From assembly GCA_024239055.1 (NCBI GenBank), contig JANBVJ010000001.1, positions 1,277 through 65,276 on the forward strand: 64,000 nucleotides of DNA, in the 5' to 3' direction. Below are positions 40,479 to 46,971 of the stretch, piece after piece. The notes beneath the pieces are model-generated. The model worked only from the letters and a program-made list of their open reading frames with translations, made no database searches and had not been told where the DNA came from. Position numbers and translations under genes: made by a program. This DNA comes from Patescibacteria group bacterium. Its GTDB lineage: Bacteria; Patescibacteriota; Minisyncoccia; Minisyncoccales; UBA10102. Numbering within the stretch: the first letter of the stretch is position 1; the number at the start of each line of letters is the position of its first letter.

Positions 40479-40676
40479 ATGATAGTCGTACACACAGAAA
40501 AAGGCGTTCTTCAAATTATTCAAGTGGATGATACCACGGTGCAGGTATTTCTTTCTGGTACCGAAGATCTTCTCGTCGAATGTGAAGAGATTCACATTAC
40601 GAGTAAGGAAATTACTGGTGTCGGCAATCTTGGATCGATCTGGAGAGCACAGTTAGTAGAGGCGGTGGATGGATAA
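40479..40676 (+). CDS. Small hypothetical protein (65 aa)
   Basis: TAGGAGAG lies 5 nt before the ATG. The protein is acidic and beta-rich. I recognise no family. Confidence 0.45.
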   Translation: MIVVHTEKGVLQIIQVDDTTVQVFLSGTEDLLVECEEIHITSKEITGVGNLGSIWRAQLVEAVDG

Positions 40677-40752
40677 ATCTATCGCTTTTATTTTTTAGTA
40701 AACATGTTCTAATATCGTGTACTAAAGGAAATAAATAGTGTAGAATCATATT

Positions 40753-40872
40753 ATGTCAAAACGAAGTACAGGACTACAAAAGAAACAGAAGTCTCGCTCA
40801 AAAAAGACTAAAAAACGTCTTGAGATTAAGCGTAAGATGTTAGAGGCAAGAGCTGCTAAAAAGAGCAAGTAG
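40753..40872 (+). CDS. Possible very basic 39-aa protein (below the ORF-track cutoff)
   Basis: My own translation is MSKRSTGLQKKQKSRSKKTKKRLEIKRKMLEARAAKKSK. TAGAAT lies 6 nt upstream of the ATG and there is no SD, so it is possibly leaderless. The evidence is weak. Confidence 0.3.
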   Translation: MSKRSTGLQKKQKSRSKKTKKRLEIKRKMLEARAAKKSK

Positions 40873-41035
40873 ATTAAAATAAAGTAATCTCAAGCTTTTT
40901 TTGTATATACTATTGACAAAGTATTTTTAAAGTGCTAGTATACTACTTGTTGAATAAGGGCTGTACGAGGAACTAAGTCGGGTTTCATACACAGTATTTT
41001 CTGTTTAACATGTAATTCATTTAGTTTCTTTTACA

Positions 41036-41269
41036 ATGGCACAAGGAACAATTGCTCGACTCACTGACCGTGGTTTTGGCTTCATTACACCTGAGGACGG
41101 AGAGAAAGATCTTTTCTTTCACTCTAACGAACTTCAGGGTGTTGAATTCAATGACTTGAAGGAAGGTGACAAGGTAACGTATGAACTTGGCGAGAGCCCT
41201 AAGGGCCCTAACGCCACAAGCGTTGCTAGAGCTGATGCTGACGCTGCACCTGCAGCTGACGCCGAATAA
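41036..41269 (+). CDS. cspA: Cold-shock domain protein (CspA family) with a short acidic Ala/Asp tail
   Basis: 77-aa ORF with RNP1 RGFGFI and an RNP2-like LFFHS. The 5' UTR is long, from TTGACA-N17-TAGTAT at about 40914. Confidence 0.93.
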   Translation: MAQGTIARLTDRGFGFITPEDGEKDLFFHSNELQGVEFNDLKEGDKVTYELGESPKGPNATSVARADADAAPAADAE

Positions 41270-41276
41270 CAAAACA

Positions 41277-41305
41277 AGAGCGCCCCTTTGCGGGGGCGCT
41301 TTTGC
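41277..41305 (+). terminator. Intrinsic terminator after cspA
   Basis: AGCGCCCC TTTGC GGGGGCGCT followed by TTTGCTT. Confidence 0.7.
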
Positions 41306-41366
41306 TTGGTTGTATTTTTTCAATATATAGCGTATAAGGATAATATAATAAAGTAACTAAATATTT

Positions 41367-42215
41367 ATGCAGGAATTTATGAATAACGCTAATCAATCGG
41401 GGGGAGAGGGAATTAGAGCCAGACAGCCAGGCGGGTTAAGCGCCAAGAGAGGATTTTCTATTGGATTAATTACTTTTCTTTTTATTATCATGGTGCTGAA
41501 TTTTCCTTTCGGCACAGTGGGAGCGGGTGAAAGGGGAGTGCAGTTACGATTTGGGGCAGTTACCGGAAAAGTCTTTAACGAAGGATTATATTTCCGTATT
41601 CCATTTGTTGAGCGTGTTCAAAAGATGGATGTAAAGATACAAAAGGATGAGGTTGCAGCTAGTGCCGCCTCAAAGGATTTGCAGATTGTAACTTCAAGAA
41701 TTGCCTTAAACTATCATCTTGATCCTGATGCCGTAAATAAAATCTGGCAGGAAGTTGGAAGAGATTATAATACCCGTATTATTGCGCCTTCCATTCAGGA
41801 AGCGGTAAAGGCGGAATCTGCTAAGTTCACCGCAGAGGAATTGATTACAAAGAGAGAAGATGTAAAGGAGAAGATAAAAGCAAATCTTGCAGTAAGATTG
41901 CTGGAGCGTTCAATTATAGTGGATGAGTTTAATATTATTGACTTTGAGTTTTCTGCAGCATTTAACACTGCGATTGAGGCTAAGGTTACGGCGGAACAAC
42001 TAAAGCTTAAGGCAGATAGAGATTTGGAAAGAATAAAAATTGAGGCTGAACAAAAGATAGCTGATGCTAGAGGGAAAGCTGAGGCAATAAGGATTGAAGC
42101 TGTGGCCTTGAGACAGAATGCTCAGGTGGTAGAACTTAGATGGATAGAAAAATGGGATGGAAAAGTTCCGCTATATTGGGGAGAGGCAAGTCCGTTTATA
42201 GGAATAAACAGGTAG
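41367..42215 (+). CDS. SPFH/band-7 (prohibitin/HflC-like) membrane protein
   Basis: 282-aa ORF with an N-terminal TM helix, an SPFH core (GERGVQLRFGAVTGKVFNEGLYFRIPFVERVQKMDV) and a coiled-coil C-terminal part. Confidence 0.85.
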   Translation: MQEFMNNANQSGGEGIRARQPGGLSAKRGFSIGLITFLFIIMVLNFPFGTVGAGERGVQLRFGAVTGKVFNEGLYFRIPFVERVQKMDVKIQKDEVAASAASKDLQIVTSRIALNYHLDPDAVNKIWQEVGRDYNTRIIAPSIQEAVKAESAKFTAEELITKREDVKEKIKANLAVRLLERSIIVDEFNIIDFEFSAAFNTAIEAKVTAEQLKLKADRDLERIKIEAEQKIADARGKAEAIRIEAVALRQNAQVVELRWIEKWDGKVPLYWGEASPFIGINR

Positions 42216-42226
42216 TTTCTTATTAT

Positions 42227-42268
42227 TAAAAAAAAGGAGACAACGTTTTTGTTGTCTACTTTCTTTTT
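42227..42268. terminator. Bidirectional intrinsic terminator
   Basis: The GGAGACAAC ... GTTGTCT(CC) stem is flanked by AAAAAAAA on the left and TTTCTTTTT on the right. It can therefore terminate the SPFH mRNA (+) and the minus-strand RNA. Confidence 0.65.
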
Positions 42269-42438
42269 GCAGCTGGAGAGAGTATGCCGAGGTTTTCGTA
42301 GATAGGACGACGGCTCTACGAAACAAAAGGAATGCGGGTGGGACGTATCCCTTATACATACTCCCTCCAGCCCTGAGGAGGAGGATTGTCTAAATCAAGA
42401 ATACGATCCCAATTCTTGAACTAGACATTTTTAGAACC
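42227..42438 (-). ncRNA. Orphan structured RNA candidate (~210 nt), family unknown
   Basis: A consensus minus-strand promoter precedes it and the transcript ends at the bidirectional terminator. It contains the hairpin GTCTAGTTCAAGAAT/ATTCTTGATTTAGAC, a single-stranded CCUCCUCCU tract, and a 15-bp closing stem (42272-42286 with 42357-42371). That stem contains a G-U pair only when read on the minus strand. Inner hairpins include GGGA-UACG-UCCC. The only ORF here (62 aa, 42171-42359) overlaps the SPFH gene and looks spurious. Confidence 0.45.
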
Positions 42439-42444
42439 ATATTA

Positions 42445-42473
42445 ATTATATTTATTTATTTATATATTGTCAA
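42445..42473 (-). promoter_or_regulatory. Consensus promoter for the 42.2-42.4 kb minus-strand RNA
   Basis: The minus strand reads TTGACA (42473-42468), a 17-nt spacer, then TATAAT (42450-42445). Confidence 0.6.
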
Positions 42474-42511
42474 TAAATTGTATTAATATTATTTTTTGAT
42501 AAAATGAAAAT

Positions 42512-43033
42512 ATGAAACAATTACTTATTGCAGGAATCATAATTGGATTCATTCTTGCTATCGGTTACTTTTTTGATATTCCAAAAGAGAAGAGTATTAC
42601 AAACTTTGAGGAGTGTGCTGCAAAGTATGCGGTTATGGAGAGTTATCCCAGGCAGTGCATGATTCCAGGTGGTGCCTCATTTGTTGAGGATATAGGAAAT
42701 GAGATTGAGAAGATAGATATTATAAGAATAAATACACCAAGACCCAATCAAATAATTGAGAGCCCTTTTCAGATTACAGGAGAGGCACGGGGTAATTGGT
42801 TTTTTGAGGGAGACTTTCCAATTAGATTACTTAATGAAAATCGAGAAGAGATAGCTATTGCAATTGCGAAGGCAGAGAGTGATTGGATGGTTGAGGATTT
42901 TGTTGCATTTACCGCTACCTTGGAGTTTTCTTCAGATAGCAATAAGCGAGGAACACTTGTTTTAGAGAAGGACAATCCATCTGGTATGCCTGAGAATGAC
43001 GATGCTCTATTTGTACCTGTAAAATTTAAATAG
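42512..43033 (+). CDS. Membrane-anchored Gmad2 Ig-like domain protein
   Basis: 173-aa ORF with an N-terminal TM helix. The segment PNQIIESPFQITGEARGNWFFEGDFPIRLLNENREEIA...FTATLEF matches the Gmad2 (PF10648-type) pattern. Confidence 0.6.
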   Translation: MKQLLIAGIIIGFILAIGYFFDIPKEKSITNFEECAAKYAVMESYPRQCMIPGGASFVEDIGNEIEKIDIIRINTPRPNQIIESPFQITGEARGNWFFEGDFPIRLLNENREEIAIAIAKAESDWMVEDFVAFTATLEFSSDSNKRGTLVLEKDNPSGMPENDDALFVPVKFK

Positions 43034-43034
43034 C

Positions 43035-43670
43035 ATGAAAAAGATTAATCTTATTTTATTAGCGATAATTATTCTATCTTTTGCAGTTGGTATATATGCA
43101 TATCCTCAGATGCCCGATCAAGTGGCTTCACACTGGAACGCCCAAGGAGAAGTTGATGGGTATATGTCAAAGTTCTGGGGTGTATTTTTGATGCCCATTA
43201 TTTCAATAGGTCTGTTCTTTTTGTTTTTCTTTATTCCAAAGATTGATCCTTTAAAAGCCAATATCGCAAAGTTCAGAAAGTACTTTGATGCCTTTATTGT
43301 TTTAATATTTCTCTTTCTCTTTTATGTCTTCCTACTTACTATTCTTTGGAACATGGGTATGAGGTTTGATATGACTCTTTCAATAATACCGGCTTTGGCC
43401 GTCTTGTTTTACTTTATTGGAGTTCTTATTGAGAACACAAAACGCAACTGGTTTATTGGTATTCGCACACCATGGACTCTTAGTAGTGACACAGTATGGG
43501 AGAAGACACATCAAGTCGGAGGGAAGCTTTTTCGGGTTGTGGGAGTATTAACTCTAATCGGAGTTTTCTTTTCAGACTATATAGTATACTTCGTGGTTGT
43601 CCCAGCAGTTTCAGTTGCCATCTTTGCCTTTGCCTATTCTTATTTCCTCTATCAAAAAGAGATAAAATAA
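43035..43670 (+). CDS. SdpI/YhfL family membrane protein (DUF1648 N-terminus)
   Basis: 211-aa polytopic ORF. VASHWNAQGEVDGYMSKFWG is typical of DUF1648 and is followed by an SdpI-like region (RNWFIGIRTPWTLSSDTVWEKTH). Confidence 0.7.
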   Translation: MKKINLILLAIIILSFAVGIYAYPQMPDQVASHWNAQGEVDGYMSKFWGVFLMPIISIGLFFLFFFIPKIDPLKANIAKFRKYFDAFIVLIFLFLFYVFLLTILWNMGMRFDMTLSIIPALAVLFYFIGVLIENTKRNWFIGIRTPWTLSSDTVWEKTHQVGGKLFRVVGVLTLIGVFFSDYIVYFVVVPAVSVAIFAFAYSYFLYQKEIK

Positions 43671-43697
43671 AAACACCCATCTTCTAAGATGTTTTAG

Positions 43698-44516
43698 TTA
43701 TTTGTCGAACTCTGAAAAGTCTGGATTTACAAGACGATTCTTTTCGTTAATCTGGTTAATGCGTTCTACGTCTTCTAAGCTGAGATTCCACTCAAGAGAC
43801 TTAAAGTTGCCTTCAATATGTTCTGGGTTGCTTGACTTTGGAATGGTTACAATGCCTTTTTGCATCTCCCAGTTTAATATTATTTGAGCCGCACTCTTTT
43901 CATATTGTTTAGTGAGCTCTTGTATAATCGGATGTTGAAGATCTTCACCTCTGCCAATGGGGGAGTAGGCGGTTAGAATAATATTGTTTTGATTACAAAA
44001 CTCTAAAAGCTCTTTTTGGTTCAGGGTTGGGTGAAACTCCACCTGGTTTATAGAAAACTGAATGCCTGTATCCATAGCTTCCTTTAGATGATTAATGGTG
44101 AAGTTTGATACTCCAATTGCTTTTGTAAGTCCTTGTTCTTTTAGTTCATTCATTGCTTGCAGCGTTTCAGCAATAGGAACCTCAGAATCGGGCCAGTGAA
44201 TAAGATAGAGATCAAGGTAATCAAGCTGTAACTCATTTAATGCCGTCTTTAGGGCTTCTGGCACATCTTCCTTTCTTAGGTTGTCTCGCCATAACTTTGA
44301 GGTTACAAAGATATCTTTTCTATCAACTCCGCTTTCTTTAATGGCTTGACCCACTTCTTTATGGTTTCCGTAGGCTGCTGCCGTATCAATATGTCTGTAT
44401 CCAACCTCAATGGCCTTTTTTGTGGATTTAAGACACTCATTTCCAGTAAGTTCCCAGGTTCCAAAGCCTAGAATAGGAATTGGAGCTCCTGTGTTTAGAT
44501 TAAGTATTTTTTTCAT
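43698..44516 (-). CDS. Aldo/keto reductase
   Basis: 272-aa ORF with GFGTW, YRHIDTAAAYGN, LDYLDLYLIHWP and IPKSSNPEHI motifs, as in the AKR family (2,5-diketo-D-gluconate-reductase-like). Confidence 0.9.
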   Translation of the reverse strand: MKKILNLNTGAPIPILGFGTWELTGNECLKSTKKAIEVGYRHIDTAAAYGNHKEVGQAIKESGVDRKDIFVTSKLWRDNLRKEDVPEALKTALNELQLDYLDLYLIHWPDSEVPIAETLQAMNELKEQGLTKAIGVSNFTINHLKEAMDTGIQFSINQVEFHPTLNQKELLEFCNQNNIILTAYSPIGRGEDLQHPIIQELTKQYEKSAAQIILNWEMQKGIVTIPKSSNPEHIEGNFKSLEWNLSLEDVERINQINEKNRLVNPDFSEFDK

Positions 44517-44621
44517 ACCAGTATTCTATCATTTCTGCATACTTTAACAAAATATAATTAATTTTATTAAGGTTGTTAATAAATAGCGCCACTTTTTTAA
44601 AATAAGGAGTATAATAAAGAT

Positions 44622-44744
44622 ATGGCAAAGGTCAAAAGAAAAACTGTATATCGAAGCTCGGTTACCGGCAGATTTGTCAGTAAAGCTGATGCTAAACGTC
44701 GTCCGAGTAAAACAGAGAAGGAGCGGGTTCGTGTAAAGAACTAG
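44622..44744 (+). CDS. Possible 40-aa basic protein (below the ORF-track cutoff)
   Basis: My own translation is MAKVKRKTVYRSSVTGRFVSKADAKRRPSKTEKERVRVKN. AAGGAG lies 12 nt upstream. The YRSxxTGRFV core resembles a small conserved hypothetical family that I cannot name with certainty. Confidence 0.35.
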   Translation: MAKVKRKTVYRSSVTGRFVSKADAKRRPSKTEKERVRVKN

Positions 44745-44779
44745 GTCGATTTTCTTGTTTAAGTAAATAATACACAAAT

Positions 44780-45274
44780 ATGAGAAGTATTTTAGAAAAG
44801 ACTGTGTGGTCCTTATTGCGTATTGGTATGGGTTGGATCTTTTTCTGGGCATTTATTGATAAACTCTGGGGATTGGGATTCACAACAAAACCAGAAAGCG
44901 CATGGCTTGAGGGTGGCTCTCCTACACTTGGATTTCTTAACTTTGCAACAAAAGGCCCTTTTGCAGATGTTTTTCAGGGATTAGCCGGTAGTTCTATTGT
45001 TGACTGGGTGTTTATGGCAGGACTCTTATTCGTTGGAGTTGCTCTTATCCTTGGTATTGCAATGAAGTTGGCAGCCTACTCTGGAGCTTTAATGATGATA
45101 TTGATGTATGTAGCTGGTTTTATTCCTCCAGAACATAACCCAATTTTAGATGACCACATCATCTACGCCTTTTTACTACTTGGATTGTATTTCTCAGGTT
45201 CTGGCCGTTGGCTAGGATTTGGTTCTTTATGGTCCCGTACTTTTATTGCAAGGAAAATACCTATTCTTAGATAG
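44780..45274 (+). CDS. DoxX family membrane protein
   Basis: 164-aa four-TM ORF with the LLRIGMGWIFFWAFIDKL start typical of DoxX/DoxD-like proteins. Confidence 0.7.
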   Translation: MRSILEKTVWSLLRIGMGWIFFWAFIDKLWGLGFTTKPESAWLEGGSPTLGFLNFATKGPFADVFQGLAGSSIVDWVFMAGLLFVGVALILGIAMKLAAYSGALMMILMYVAGFIPPEHNPILDDHIIYAFLLLGLYFSGSGRWLGFGSLWSRTFIARKIPILR

Positions 45275-45280
45275 AAGTTT

Positions 45281-45451
45281 ATGGTTCGAGAAGTACAGAA
45301 AGATAATGTAGTACGCTTTCAATGTGAGGAATGTGGACTTTTATATGTAGAAAAGGATATTGCTGAGAAGTGTCAGACATGGTGTGCAGAACATAAGAGC
45401 TGCAACCTTGAGATTACAAAATATGCAATTGAAGATTCTTCTAATGCTTGA
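45281..45451 (+). CDS. Small Cys-rich protein (56 aa, below the ORF-track cutoff)
   Basis: My own translation is MVREVQKDNVVRFQCEECGLLYVEKDIAEKCQTWCAEHKSCNLEITKYAIEDSSNA, with a CxxC...CxxxC...C pattern. It starts 7 nt after the DoxX stop. Confidence 0.45.
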   Translation: MVREVQKDNVVRFQCEECGLLYVEKDIAEKCQTWCAEHKSCNLEITKYAIEDSSNA

Positions 45452-45548
45452 CAAAGAATCTTGCAGATGAGATTATCAGTATCGTGTACTCTAGTCGAGG
45501 TACTTTTCATGTCGCAAGAGCAGCGAGGCATGAATACTTGAACTAAAA

Positions 45549-45854
45549 ATGGCAGAAGAAAATAATGGGGGATCGTCTTTTGACCGTCCCACGGTAAAGG
45601 GAAACTGGACATGCGCTGAGTGCTCTGGTCAAATCACAGAATTAAGATTTGAACCCAGGGAGGGAAGTGATGTCTATTGTCTTGAGTGTTTTCGCAGTAG
45701 AAATCCACGCAGCAATTCTTCATTTGAACGGAAAATGATAAAGGGAGATTGGAGTTGTGTTGATTGTTCAACTTCAATAACAGAACTTCCTTTTCAACCG
45801 CGAGAGGGAAGTGAGCTCAGATGCCGAGAGTGTTACGCAAAGAACAAGTCCTAA
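45549..45854 (+). CDS. Protein with two CxxC-x17/18-CxxC zinc-ribbon repeats
   Basis: 101-aa ORF with the internal duplication GNWTCAECSGQITELRFEPREGSDVYCLECF / GDWSCVDCSTSITELPFQPREGSELRCRECY. This is the pattern of the CxxC-x17-CxxC domain family. Confidence 0.65.
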   Translation: MAEENNGGSSFDRPTVKGNWTCAECSGQITELRFEPREGSDVYCLECFRSRNPRSNSSFERKMIKGDWSCVDCSTSITELPFQPREGSELRCRECYAKNKS

Positions 45855-45864
45855 TAAAAGACAC

Positions 45865-45895
45865 AGCCCGCCAGTATAGGCGGGTTTTGTTTTGG
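45865..45895 (+). terminator. Intrinsic terminator after the CxxC protein gene
   Basis: CCCGCC AGTATA GGCGGG followed by TTTTGTTTT. Confidence 0.7.
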
Positions 45896-46093
45896 AAAAG
45901 AAAAGCGGGAGGGAAGACAAAAACATGCACGGATTGTCGTTGTCTTCCCTCCCTGATCCGCAGCTGAACACTTATGAGTTCCAATTCCACATTCCTGCCC
46001 TGGCTGGCCGGCTGGTGGGCATGCCTCTGCCCTAGCCGGCTTGTGGGCACGACACACGGAATTTTGGGAAGTCCTTTGCATTCAAGCGGATTT
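45895..46093 (-). ncRNA. GC-rich orphan structured RNA candidate (~200 nt), family unknown
   Basis: The minus-strand promoter is TTGACA-N17-TATAAA. The transcript folds by eye into a long imperfect rod: UCCGC/GCGGA, UUGAA/UUCAG, GACUUCC/GGAACUC, AAUUCC/GGAAUU, UGCCC/GGGCA, GCCGGC/GCCGGC and an apical GGGCA-GAGGCA-UGCCC. It ends in a 13-bp hairpin (45907-45919 with 45941-45953) plus a U-run. It is locally much more GC-rich than its flanks. The ORFs here are short, overlapping and compositionally odd. Confidence 0.45.
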
Positions 46094-46099
46094 AACTTC

Positions 46100-46128
46100 T
46101 TTATATCTTTTGTGAGATATTTTGTCAA
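46100..46128 (-). promoter_or_regulatory. Promoter for the 45.9-46.1 kb minus-strand RNA
   Basis: The minus strand reads TTGACA (46128-46123), a 17-nt spacer, then TATAAA (46105-46100). Confidence 0.6.
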
Positions 46129-46150
46129 TGATTTAAATATTAGGTATAGT
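46122..46150 (+). promoter_or_regulatory. uppP promoter, sharing its -35 with the divergent RNA promoter
   Basis: TTGTCA (46122-46127), 17 nt, TATAGT (46145-46150). The ATG lies at 46160. Confidence 0.55.
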
Positions 46151-46159
46151 GATAGATAT

Positions 46160-46954
46160 ATGATGTTAGAACAGTTTGTCTTGGGTATTGTTCAGGGAAT
46201 TACTGAATGGCTCCCTATTAGTTCAGAAGGTATGGTGGTATTAACAAAGACCACCTTCTTTTCTGATGCGAGTGGTTTGGGAGTTATAATACAACATGCA
46301 ATATTCTTGCATCTTGGGACTTTTTTTGCAGCCTTAGTATATTTAAGAAAGGATGTTTTGTTTCTTCTTTCCTCAACATTTCAGTTTCAGAAGGCAGAGG
46401 AGGAGACAAAGAGCATGATACGGTTCTTACTTATTACTACTGTTGTAACTGGCATTGTTGGCTTTGGATTATTCCAATTGATTTCTGAGATTGATGATGT
46501 AGCTGTCATTACCGGAAAGTCTATTGCGATGCTCATAGGTGTTTTGCTGTTGGTGACGGGATTCATGCAAGTGTGGCTGCACAAGAGCGGTCAGAGAAAA
46601 GGGGATATAAATAACTTGGAATCTTTTGTATTTGGAGCGGTACAGGGTTTATCTGCTCTACCAGGACTATCTCGCTCAGCTCTTACTGTTTCTGCTTTTC
46701 TATTGCGTGGTTTTGACAAGACGTATGCCCTGCGGACAAGCTTTTTAATGTCTCTACCTGTTTTACTGGGAGGGAATGTTATTTTAGCACTTGGTGATTT
46801 TGTCTGGGATTCTACTATGATAATTGGTCTTCTTGCCTCGTTTGTAGCTGGTCTTCTTTCTATGCATTTCTTACTTAAGGTAGCAGTGAAGATGAACTTT
46901 GGATATTTTGTACTGGCCTTTGGAATTCTTACCCTTGCCTTTGCTTTGATATAA
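46160..46954 (+). CDS. uppP: Undecaprenyl-diphosphatase (BacA/UppP)
   Basis: The start is MMLEQFVLGIVQGITEWLPISSEG, the canonical UppP N-terminus. The track ORF begins at 45974, and that extension runs through the GC-rich RNA locus and the promoter. Confidence 0.9.
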   Translation: MMLEQFVLGIVQGITEWLPISSEGMVVLTKTTFFSDASGLGVIIQHAIFLHLGTFFAALVYLRKDVLFLLSSTFQFQKAEEETKSMIRFLLITTVVTGIVGFGLFQLISEIDDVAVITGKSIAMLIGVLLLVTGFMQVWLHKSGQRKGDINNLESFVFGAVQGLSALPGLSRSALTVSAFLLRGFDKTYALRTSFLMSLPVLLGGNVILALGDFVWDSTMIIGLLASFVAGLLSMHFLLKVAVKMNFGYFVLAFGILTLAFALI

Positions 46955-46971
46955 TATGATATACTAATGAT

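Noticed and set aside
40600-41000. A second copy of the tRNA-Asn 3' end (att-like direct repeat) that would delimit an integrated island
   Set aside because: I saw no GGTTCGAATCCTGCCCGCGGAG-like sequence at the right end of the array or elsewhere in the window, and there is no integrase gene. Classical tRNA-targeted island integration is therefore not supported.
45974-46159. N-terminal 62-codon extension of uppP in the ORF track
   Set aside because: The canonical UppP N-terminus (MMLEQFVLGIVQGITEWLPISSEG) starts at 46160, just downstream of a TTGTCA-N17-TATAGT promoter. The extension runs through the GC-rich RNA locus and has unrelated composition.
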